Source: Halocafeteria seosinensis (taxonomy: Eukaryota). From it: a DNA stretch of 64,000 bases. The translations under genes and the position numbers were made by a program. Shown here piece by piece: positions 13,379 to 24,772 of this stretch. The first letter of the stretch is position 1. Each line of letters opens with the position of its first letter. Under the pieces are notes generated by a model, which saw nothing but the letters and a program-made list of their open reading frames with translations, was not told the DNA's origin and did not search any database. The DNA is taken from positions 310,001-374,000 of the forward strand of contig LVLI01000101.1 in the NCBI GenBank assembly GCA_001687465.1, written 5' to 3'.

Positions 13379-16300
13379 ATGAAAACGGAAGCGGCTATGG
13401 TGGCGTTGTGGGTGCTCTTGGCCTCGGGAACGACAGCCGAAGAGCACTTTGAGGATTCAACTGGGCGTCGATTGAGCGATGAAGACAACAGTGATGAGAA
13501 TGTGCCATTGGATGGGTTCATCTCGTCCATTTACGTGAACCTTGTCCTGTTCGCAATCGCCATTGTGTTGGTTTGCGTGCTTAGAAGAATCTTCCCGGAA
13601 TTCTACCAACCTCGATCTTATGTCCCAGATGACCACGGAGCCATCGAACGGAGGGAGCTTCCAGGGCAACAACACCATCATCATTACAAGAGAGAAGAAG
13701 ACTATGTGACCGGGGAGGCATCTACCAGCCAGTTGGAAGATGCGCCGATCTCGAGGCGGTCATCCGGGTAAGTACTTTCCGAGTGACTTACTAAGCATGT
13801 TGTGATCTCTTACAGCTTTGTAATACTGTTTCCCACAGACAACGAATCGACAAAGGTGGACCTCCTATCATCCCAGAACGTACTCGCGTTAGCTGGATTT
13901 GGTATGTATGGAGCCTACCACTTAATACGGTTTTGAACAGGGTGTAAGTAGTGATGAATCATATCAGTCAAGTTGATGACGTTTACGTGTTTGACTACGG
14001 CAATCGTGCAGTGGTCTAGACGCGTATATGTTCATGAGGTTTGCCCAAAGAGCTGCGCAACTCTTTGTTGTATTCACTATTATCGGCTGCGGGATCCTCC
14101 TCCCGCTCAACATTAAGGGTGGAACCAATAATGAAGACGGGTTTGCCCATTTGTCGACAGCGAATGTAGCATCACGTCAAGGAATTTTGTGGGTACACGC
14201 GCTGAGTGTCTGGGTTTTCACGTTGGCAACCTTTGTCCTACTCCTTGAACTAGGCCGGGAGTACGTCGTGCTTCGTCATCGCTATCTCCGTTACGGAGTA
14301 TACCACCGCACGACATCGCCTTCACGCCTCGATGTGGAACAAAGGTCGAGCTCTGCTGCCGAAAGCGGTAAATCTACCGGTGCCGAAGCCCCTGAACAAG
14401 AGGCCGCGAGTGGAAAGTGGAACTCTCGGGAACCAACAACAGACCCGATCAAGAAGAAACTGCCGCTGTCTAATTGGTCATTTGGCGCAATTCCACCACT
14501 ACAGCAATCACAGATACCAAGTACCGTTTCCGCTCCCAACCAACCCATGCTGTACAGTGTAATGGTAGAAGACCTTCCGGCTTGGATCAGCTGCGATTGG
14601 CAGCTTTACCAGTATTTCGACTTCCTATTCCCGGGCCAGGTGCAGTCCGCGTCACTAGTCCCTTACGCGAAAAAGGTTGATGGACTCCTTGATGACAGGA
14701 ATTCTACCTTGCAGCTGCTGGAACGAGCAGAACATTTGCGCACATATAGTGACGATAGCTCTGACACAAGTTCTGAAGCAAGCATCGAAAAACCTTTGAA
14801 AGACAATGAACAGCCAGCTAGCCTTCCGGCTTACGGCGGGACGAGCTCAACATCAGAAGAAAAATCGGCTGAAGAAACGGACTCATCTCCTGCAAGTGCT
14901 GAGAAAGATGTCCATATGGTTCTTTTCCCACCGCTGTTGCAATGCTGCACGGACTACGCATGCTGTGGTCCCTTTCCACGTACGCTTTGTGGTGGCATGT
15001 ACAATAAGTGTTGTAGGTGCTGCGACGACGAAGGCAAGCACGAACGTCAGATTCTTGACGAGCTGGAAGATGAATCCCCCGACATAAGTGAAGACCCGTG
15101 TTGCGATCTGGGAGATGACAGACCCGGGGCCCCAAAGAAATGCTGTTACAAGGGTCGTCTTGTTAAAGCATCGAACTATCTAAACAAGGTCTTGAGCATT
15201 CAGTCGGAAGAGCTGAATTCCTTCCGCTCTCTTGCGAAGCATCAACGGCGACGAAGGCTCTCACTTGATGTGGGCGCTACTGAAACTGGAGCAGAAACAA
15301 GTCAAAAGCGCCATGCAGCTAGCTTTAACTCCGTGAAGAAGCACATGAACCAGGGGCTTTCTTATTCTACGGAGGTTGTTTCCGGCCCTCAAAAACGTGC
15401 TCTGGATGCGAAGGAGGGGTTCGCTCCATCAGCTACCGGCTTTGTTACGTTTAATAGCCTTCGAGCAGTTCGAGAAGCCGCCCTGTATGGGAAAAAACAG
15501 TTCAACCCCATTCTATGTGATCGATTTTTTGAGCTTAACAGCGATCGGCAGAAGAACTTACGAAGAAATACGAGAGCAGTACAACTTGAACATGAAGCAG
15601 CGGTGGTGCGGCCAGCACCTGGTCCTGAGGACGTAAGCATCATCTCGCATATCGCTATTGTTTGGACAATTCTCTGATATCCTTGATTCCTTTGTTAATG
15701 CAGATCTATTGGCCCCATGTGGCCGTAAAGGAACCAGTAAGAATAACTCGTCGATGGATTATGTTTGGTGCTACACTTGTTCTCCAAATATTCTATTCAG
15801 CCCTTGTGATAGCCATATCTTCGCTGGTAACGGTTGAAAACTTGGAAGAGGTAATCGGAGGTCTGAAACCTTTGATGGAAAGTAATAGTTTCATTCGGGG
15901 ATTTGTTACTGGTTTCGTACCTCCGTTTGTCATTCAGTACATTCTTTCGTACTTGACTCCTCTTCTACAATGGTTCTCAACTCTTGAGTACCCACCTACG
16001 AACTCTGAGATTGCCCTGTCTACTTCTGCGAAGCTGTTTCAGTTCAAAGCTTGGCAATTGATGTTCGTGTTCACTATATCTGGCACTGTTTTGGACTCCC
16101 TAGATACCATTATACACCACCCTGGTGACATTGTTAACATGCTGGGAAGGTCCTTACCGCGGCTCTCCGCCTTCTTTATTAATCTGCTGATGTTGTGGAC
16201 GCTGTCTGGAATGCCCTGGGAGATCCTGAGAATTTATGATCTGGGATGGTTTTATCTTTACTTCAGAAAGCAGATGCTTTTACCCGTATTAAACTATATC

Positions 16301-16990
16301 CCCCTGGTAAACAAACTGCACAAAGGGAACGGCAAGGTAGCGAGAGAGAACACCTATCAACTATGGAACATGACCCGGAGGGAGTTTTGGGAGCAAGTTC
16401 TGCAGTACGCAGGGCCATTCTCCTGGCCTTCTCAACTCACTAACAGTTTGCTTGCGTTTCTTATTGGGATCACTTACGCATCGATAAACCCAGTGATCGC
16501 CCCTATCGCCGCTCTCTTCTACATTAGCGCGGGTTTTAATTGGAAGTACTCATTCCTCTATGTAAACCACAAGTCTTGGGAGACTGGTGGGACTGTTTGG
16601 CCTCTAATGGCTCGTCGGATAATTGCTTCATTGATAGTATATCAGCTCACACTTATCGGGCTGCTCGGGTTAAAAAAGAGCGGCAGCTCTGCACTTGTAG
16701 TTCCGCTACTATTCATCACAATTCTCTACGACCGCTTCCTCCAGCGGAAAGTCGAAGATCTTGCCGAAGTTCTCAGCCCTGCGGAGACTGAGCAGGGCGA
16801 TGCTGAAGAAACAAAGTCGTCTGCGGTTAGCGAAAATTCTTTTGAGTCTTTGGAGCAGTTATCTCAATATCAGGTTCCAGAAGAAAAGCGGGCGATGTCA
16901 ACAGATTGTGCGTATGTTAGGCCCAGTTTGCTCCCGAAGAGCGACTGGAAGCCAAATGCTATCCCTACTAAGAAAGCACTCTACTTCTAG
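13379..16990 (+). CDS. OSCA/TMEM63 (CSC1/DUF221) channel, paralog 2 (tandem duplicate)
   Basis: Same motif series (FYQPR, GLDAYMFMRF, LLPLN, LWVH, YSVMVEDLP, GFVTF, APGPEDIYW, ITYASINPVI, ETGGTVWP). Three introns. Confidence 0.93.
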
Positions 16991-17117
16991 CCCGTTATGA
17001 TGCGGTATACCGGTGTAAAACATGGAACGGAGCATTTCCGGCTGTTTTATCTTGATTTATGCTGTCATTTACGATGAATATACGGACTTGTCGGTGTTGT
17101 ACTTGGGTTGTAGGATC

Positions 17118-18355
17118 TTAGGCATCGTCATTTTCTGAGATGTCAGTACGCATCGTAGGAAAACGCTTCACCATTGTCTTGAACGTTTGCCTGAATGGAA
17201 TGGTCACGAGGGATGCTTCTTCAAGTAAGGTGGAAGTGCATGCTATATAACTAACCTTTCACGGAAGTGTGACAGAAAAAGGCTCAGCTTCGGGAAGCTT
17301 CTGAAGATTCCTTTGAACTCATTGTCCAATAGAATGAGAAGACCAGCAACCGATGAGGACGCCGCTAAGTAGCCGTAACCCCAGTGCAGAACTTCAGATT
17401 TCATATGCTCTTGCAAGTGCTCTAGGGATGGACCCAGAAATTTCACTATCCAGTCCCTCTCCATCTGAATGGCAATGCCTAGAAATCACAATCTACCGGT
17501 ATGTCGATATGTACAAAGAACTTTGCTTACCTGGTGCCGAATGTTCTCCGTGATTTCACCCTTGAAGATATAGAAATGTTGTCGAAAGAGTTCTTCCCTA
17601 CTGCGGCAAAACAACTGGATACTGAGTTGGACTCCCAGCAGCACCTTGTCACTTACATCAGATCTGCCAGTGCATTGAGTTGGATCACCGCGACCCACCT
17701 ATGGTTTTGTTGGGGACATGTTGCTTCGACAACGACCCCAAGAATGTGAAAAATAGCTGCAATCAAAGTTGTAGAAAGTTGGGTTCTCGATTCTCTATTT
17801 CTTTGCCGACAATGCATTCCAGACCTTGCGTATTTTCGCATTCGCAAATCAAGGACCCATCATTTTGGCTTCTGACTTCTAAAACTGGTCGTATAATACT
17901 AGGATGCTTCCTGAATAGCGTTGCACCACCCAGCATAAATACCAATCATCATGGTTCGAAACAGCATGAGGAATTCTTACTTATCAGCCAGGAAGGTTGC
18001 GCTCTCGTTCCATTCAATAAAGAGGCCAAGTTCCCACAGAAGAATTCTAATTTTATCGCAGTCCCCGTGTGCAGGAAGGTACTTGAAAACCAGTCTGTAT
18101 TTAGTCGCTGCATCGTCCCTTGTATTCGTGTCTAAGAATTCGTGTAGAATGGAAAATATGGACTTCGAGAATTCTTCTTTTTCCTTAGTGGTATCCATTG
18201 CTTTCAAAATACGGCGCAAGGTACCAGGCACTAACAAGTCTCAAGGGAGTTTTTAAAGATTAGCTATCGTATGCTTGCAAACCAAAACGAACACAATAAC
18301 AGTTGTAATACGAACTCGAGAACTCAACAGAATCCCCGACGGGGTTTCTTCCCAT
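17118..18355 (-). CDS. Divergent glutathione S-transferase-fold protein (multi-exon; start uncertain)
   Basis: Manual splicing gives YRLVFKYLPAHGDCDKIRILLWELGL...RPVLEV...AIFHILG...LADLIREEL...FPKLSLFLSHFRER. This resembles GST N- and C-terminal patterns. Confidence 0.55.
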
Positions 18356-18485
18356 GCAACGTGGGTACAAAATATATGCGGGTTGTTTGCAAGCATAATT
18401 TTGTTTTATGAGAATTAGGTGTCAACAGTCTGGCCATTGTCGTCTCTTTATCTCTTCTTCGCTCTGTAGAAAACAGGAAGTCAAC

Positions 18486-19520
18486 ATGGACGAGAATTCT
18501 CCCGCTACGAATTTGGATTCTTGTATCTCTTATTACTCCAAATTAGTAGATCAAGTAAGTAGTATAATACGATGCTATAGTGGAAATAGCTCCTTGCAAC
18601 TTTGGTCTGGTACATACGGCAGCAAAAGCATGCCTACGATAGCAGTCTAAATCAAGTAAACGAAAGTAGAAATGCGCTGAAACGCTTCCGTAAGTAGAAG
18701 AAACGCACCACTGAAGGTGTACAGGAGTGTATTTGACCATTGCCGAGCAGATACGCAAGCATTCTTGCCTGTGGTACGAACGTATTATTCCACTTTGCAC
18801 GAGCTGACCACATTGTGTCTGGAAATCAGCGATACCTTGAATAAACTAAGGAAACTCAAGGATTCCTCGTCCCAGTTTATCAGGGTTAATAAGGCTGCAA
18901 CTGATTTACTAACGGAGCAGTCTTATTCTCATATGGCATCGAAACTGGACACATATTGCATCGTGCAAACACTCTTCGAGTACAAAAAGAAGTGTGAATA
19001 CCTAGCAAAACGTCTAAATCCTGGTAGCGAAGCTCAAGAGCTTGAGGTAGATGATCCGGATAGGACTTCTCGGTCGTCTTCCCTGTCAAATATGCAAGTG
19101 TTATGACGGTGCAGACATTACAAGTCGAAGTGCAACAGTTGGAGAACAGTGTAACGAGGCGGAGGAGCCGGATTCGCGAACTGGAAGGCACAATTACCGA
19201 AAGTCGATCAAAACTGCACACTGCTAATACCAGGATAGTCACATTGCAAAAGAAGGTACAGGACCCGAAAGACATGGAGTTCATTATGATCGTCAGAAAG
19301 CATTCCTTGTTTGTCCGACTTCTGTATCTTGCAGTGCCGCGGGAAATATACACATGTAAAGAGGTTCGTTCCGCAGGTCGTCATCTAGGTGCTGTCTCAC
19401 AAATACTCTTTGCCAAGCAGCCTAAAGGAGGAGAAGTCATCAAAAATACAGTGCCTGCGAAAGTACTGCTCAACCCTGAAGTCGCGGAAACAGACTACAG
19501 ATACAGCATATAGACTATGA
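18486..19520 (+). CDS. Hypothetical coiled-coil protein, multi-exon
   Basis: ORF pieces can be joined in frame via GT-AG introns (e.g. 18555-18622). Heptad-rich sequence (LQVEVQQLENSVTRRRSRIRELE). 3' end uncertain. Confidence 0.55.
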
Positions 19521-19622
19521 TACAGCTCATAGAGGGAAAAAAGCAACTACGCAGCTTAGCACGCTACAAAGTATCGTTGACTGGGTCAAACGGCAGTAAG
19601 AAACATCTCCACAATTTTCAAT

Positions 19623-22600
19623 TCAGCCATCAGTATAGTCTATGTCGTTGGACTCACTGCTTTGGTTTACACTGTTTGAATACCTTCGTCGAAACGCTTT
19701 TTGAACACGGTCCAACGAGTATTGCGACTGCGGCCCACGCCACTTCACATGATACACAGGTTGCATTCCATAGGCCTTCGCTAGGGGGACATTCCCTACA
19801 TAGCTGCACTCAAAATTCGCCGGAAGGTTAGCAGCGACAGCTGCAAAGGCTTGGCTGCAGTAAACACTGCCTGGAGGCGTGATAGGCTCGATGCGGGCCG
19901 CGCGGGACGTATGCACTCCTGTATAGTTTTTCACTCCTGTTATCGGATCAACGAGAGCATAGACTGGTGCAGCATGCAATGAAACCCTAATTTTAAGATT
20001 ATCCGGCAAGCCAATTGATTTCCATTTTACCTTCGACACTAGGTCTGAGAGAGTCAAGGCAAATTCTCCCGCATCGGAAATTCCAAAGAATACAAAGTAA
20101 AATGCATCTCCCCATGTATTCTTGACACACGGTCTCTTTGAACTGGGTAGATCTTCAATCATTGCAGCAACTGATCCCATAAAGTTTTCAACAAAACTGA
20201 GAACCTCGTGCTCTCGGAGCTTTGAGTATCCCACGATATCGGCGAACAAAATACCCATGATCAATCGTGGCCTCTCGGCAGGTCCACCAACGACTTGCAG
20301 GCTATTCGTCCGCTTATTTAAGCTGGCGGGGCGCTCGTCACTCTCTTGACTCATGCTCCGACTCCGTGTGATAGATTTCTCCCCGGAAGATGTCCGGCGG
20401 AATTGGGTGTCCAAAGGGTTCTCGTAGCAGTCCATGAACAACACTCTGAACGGAACATCGTAGTGCGCCCATGCTTGCACGGCAGAAGGCATTTGCGAGG
20501 ACGAAAGTCCGCTTAATAGGTAGCTCTGTGATACACTCGCACCTGAGTCGCTACCGTTTTCAGCTCCAAACTCATCGTCTTGCAACAGGCGCTGCAAGTG
20601 ACCGAGCCTGGCCCTCAGTATAGTGCCTGACGAAGAGCCCCTTGGGGAGCCGGTAGATGAGAACGATTCCCGTAGTTGCAATGCAGAGTTTTCTGAATTC
20701 TGCTCGTGGCGCGGGGGAAATGCACTGGCAGTACTAATAGCTCGCTTCCTTCCTGTGGTGCTTTGTTCCGTTGTGGCGAAATTGATGCCGCCACTGCTCT
20801 CATTCACGTCCGTAGTTGGGGAATTGGACGGACGAATATAGCTTGATGAATCAGCAGCGCTTGCAAAAGGTGAACTTACACTAGGCAGGACCGGTGCGAG
20901 TCTCTCGACACCACCGTCCGAGAGGTTCTCACGAGACTGGTGCGATTGACCAGGAGATTTTTGCGATTGAACGTATATGCGCTGGATGGACGTGTCCAAT
21001 CCTTTAGCTCGCATTGTTGCGAGCCCGTTGAGCATCAACGAACAATAATGATCATTAATTTCCAAAGTAGCCGGCACTAAGTCGTTGGCAATGTCCACTC
21101 TCACGGCTTTGCTTAACAGATTTGACACCCGCGAAAGCGGATTGTTTTCATCGGCTTGTTCTTCCTCTTCCTCATCATAAGGACTGGAAGACGAGAGATC
21201 CGAATCTTGACGAATGGCATCACCTCCACCCGAAAGGCGACGTATTAGTTGTTTCACGTGAGCATTGCTCTTTGGCTTCGCTGTGACTACTTTGCGAACG
21301 CTGTTCGGTGCGAGAGTGGGCAACCCTCCTGAGCTATTATCAAACCTCTTGGAAAAATATTCATGCAAGACATCCATATGTTCCTTCTCAGGAATAGGTA
21401 GGACTATGTAAATTTCACCACCATGATCAAGGACCTCTTCCAAAAAGAAAACGTCACTCAGGGTATTGACGGTCGCAAATGCAAATTTGATATTTGATCG
21501 TGTTATGATTCTCCTCAACTGCTTTTGGAGCTTTCGCACGCCCTCTTTCGAAGGAACATAGGAGGATTTCTCGCTCGACAGCAGTACTCCTACTGAGGGC
21601 AGGCTAAACAGGGAATCAAAACTCCTTGCGTATTCATCTGCTTCAGCACCCACATACGCATAGCGCAGCAACAGCATTAACTGACGCCTGGATGAAGACA
21701 GTTTGACGTAATCGTTTCCGACGAGGTTTACTGCCTTTTCATAGTACTCCCTTGCCTGTTCAAAATTTCCACGTATTATGTTCGCTTCTCCAATCGTCGC
21801 GTATACCCAATATCTCGAGGCACTGTTTTGATCATGAAATTTGAGCTCCTTTTGGCAGAGGCGCAGTACATCATGGGCAAGTTGTTGAGCAGTGCCATCT
21901 GATCCTCCTAACAAAGCCGTTGTTGCAGCATTGATGCCCAAATAGTAAGACGTCTTTCCCCCTCGTTCATACGCTTCGCGATATATTTGATGTGCACGGT
22001 CCACGTTCAACTTCCTTGTTTCTTCTTCTTTCGCTTGAGTTGCCAAATCCTTGTATGCCCGGGCTAGTAAACCAGCTGTTTCGTCCGAGGTATCACCATT
22101 TGTTCGAACTTCTTCGAGTATCTTGATGGCTCGCTCGACAGATCCCGCCTGTGTAAGGAAGCACGGTAACAACCAAATATCAAAAAGGAAGGCGAACTAT
22201 TTCTCCGATAACATCCTTTGCCTTACTTGTGTTAAGGACCTCGCGTGTAGAGTGCACAGTCTTCGTGAATTCTCATATTTCTTGCAGCCATGATATAGGA
22301 CATCCTCCGCCATAAGCGGTTCACCTTTAGAGATTAGTTGCTCTCCAATCACGTGATAAAATGTTTCCGTTCGAAGCGAAGGTAGTGTGTGCTGATAAAT
22401 GCGTTCTATATCAGCTGCACTGAGGTCTGTCATCCGTAATTCCTGCATTGCCAGCAAAGAGACGTGAGGAGCCCGCGTTCGATAATCAAACACCTCAGGA
22501 TTACGAACAGTAAGTAACCTATCAGCGGTATCCCGTTCACTTTCGTCCCCAACCTCATTATCAAAAATAACTTTATTAATATTTCGGCCCGTTAGTTTCG

Positions 22601-23059
22601 GCATCTCACGCTCACGATGCTGGTCGTCACCATTCTCGGCAGGTGGGCCAAGGGCTTTGGCAGAAAACGTCATAGATTTCTTTAGAGCGCCAGGTTTTGA
22701 CGGTGAAGGCTCCCTATGACGCAACTCGGGGTCTGAACATATATTGAGGTTCTTGAGCTGCAGTCAACAGCATTCCTACATTGAAGAAATGAACAAGAAA
22801 GCAAAACCCTAACCGGCGCTTACGTGAGAGGACAGATAGTCATCCTCATGAGGCGCAGTACGCCTTGGATGCGAACAGCCTGTGGACCAAGACCCATTAT
22901 CTTCTGGGTCTGTATCAGAAATATCAAAGGAATTAGAATATCTCCCCAACTGAGCCTTTCGGAACCAAACTTACCTCGTTGTCCATTTTGAAGCGGCACG
23001 ACGCTTTGATGGTCTGAACGTCCATTCAGACGACTGGGTTTGGACGACTCGCAACCCAT
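19623..23059 (-). CDS. TPR-S (MAP3K TRAF-binding/DUF4071-like) + SLOG-like + class III nucleotide cyclase protein, about 1075 aa, 4 exons
   Basis: Exons 23059-22975, 22909-22824, 22757-22227 and 22148-19623 splice in frame. Motifs: MGC N-terminus; GLLARAYKD, YYLGINAAT, YWVYATIGEA, SSSRRQL; SDVFFLEEVLDHGGEIYIVLP; cyclase LFADIVGYS, NTWGDA, RVSLHAAPV, SRAARIEPITPPG, YVGNVPLAKAYG. Confidence 0.9.
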
Positions 23060-24580
23060 TCCACTAGCAAATCTGGATATCCAATGCTCCCATCTGTACA
23101 GCGACTTAGGGGTTGAGCTTCAGCTCGCACTTGGTCAGCCACACCGTATAGCACCAACTCAGGAATTCAACGATTTTTCAGCCAACGGAAACGAGCAGTG
23201 TCTGCATCAGTGGTTGACGAATCAAAATGAACCAGCATTGCAGCCATACACCGTTTATCTTCTTCAATAACAGAGGGGAATTTAACAGCGCAAACTTGAA
23301 GTCACCCGCATCCCTTGAGGACCCCCTCGCACGTTGCGACAAAAAAGACGAAGATGCTGTCCGATTCTCTACAGCATAGAGGTCTTCCGTGAAAATCCCT
23401 TTCCCTCCATACCAAAAAGTAGCTAACGCGCCATCCAACAGTGGGGAACTCGGTCAACTTAGTGCACATGAATGAAGCAAATGACAGTGGTGTGGTTTGC
23501 TTGCCCTGCCACACTCCACTCTCCTCGCAACCGAACCCAGTTGTTTGCCACATAGAAAAAGTAACACGTCTCCCTCATGAAACCCAGCGTATGGGACATT
23601 GACGCACATAATGGAGCTGAATGTACAGTCCTCTTGCCTTACCTCTCAAGAATGGTGCTTCCGCCGGGGGAGTCGTTGGCTGGGGAGTAACTGTCTCCCT
23701 CCACACACAAAGTGAAGGGAAACGTCGAAAAATCTGACAAATACCACTGACAAAGTAGTCAATCTGCAGTGGACCAAACAGACAAACAAGTCTGCCTACG
23801 CGGTGTGCTGCTGTGTGTATCGGCTAACAACCGGCGTCGGTACCCGCGAAACCGGTCGCAAAGGCCCCACCCCGCGGTCCACCCGGTGAGCCACAGGGTA
23901 GAGGAATTTACATTGTACCTCGCAAAATTAAAGACAAAGAAGAAGAGATTCATGTGTTCTCTTTCTCATTGCACAACATTCTGGCCTTCCACGGTGAACA
24001 ACGAAACGGCGAAGAAACGCCACACTACCGGGTACACCGAGTTTAGCCGCCGAGATGATAAACCGGACACACTCATGATGGCAAAACTTCTACTCGTCTC
24101 TGCACGGCACAAAGTTAGTTTACAAGATGGGTATTCATTCCTGAAGCACCAAAGAGATGAGCAATATATGACCGACGTTCCTCTCCGTCCACATACAACT
24201 GTCTACGGGACATGGTGACCGTAAAAGCCAGTTCCAGCCCGACAGTGTGACCAGTCACGTTGATGCGCCGCAGCGTGAAGATGTTGGAGCGGTTCCGGGT
24301 AGGGTTCACTCCTCACACGGCGTAGCGTAGCCTGTGGCATACACGTCTTCCGTTAGGAGCAATACGAATACACACACATACACACAATAGAGTTATGCGG
24401 TGCTGGGTCTGCCGCTTGCGGGCAGACCAGAGTGGTGCTCCGTTGTCTGAGTCCCACTTCTTCTCCAGTAAAGTTCCAGTTTCCCATCAAGAGTCTCCAA
24501 ATTCGCAATCCTATTCAGTGTCGCCTATGATCATCACAGAATGATGGTCCAGATTTACTCAACAAGTTGACAACAACGTG

Positions 24581-24617
24581 GTTGTGAAGTTGGGGTTGTG
24601 AAGTTGGTGTTGTGAAG
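24581..24617. repeat. Short tandem repeat, 14-bp unit (gttgtgaagttggk), about 2.6 copies
   Basis: gttgtgaagttggg gttgtgaagttggt gttgtgaag. Confidence 0.8.
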
Positions 24618-24772
24618 CCACGCAAGAAAATTCATTGTCGTGTTTTCTTATTCATCCAAGTTGAGCAGTGCATGAATTCGTATGGTTTGTCAATGCGCAT
24701 TTAGTAAAGAATGATAAAGTTTATTAACTGACTTAAACGTTTCAAGAGCCTTAACGAGCACGCAACTAAGAT

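Noticed and set aside
19623..22172. Bacterial contamination or chimeric assembly as the source of the cyclase
   Set aside because: The gene has three in-frame spliceosomal introns of the same style as its neighbours and sits among eukaryotic genes.
24406..24428. Hairpin as a Helitron 3' end or terminator
   Set aside because: No properly spaced CTRR end, no Rep/helicase remnant and no U-tract.
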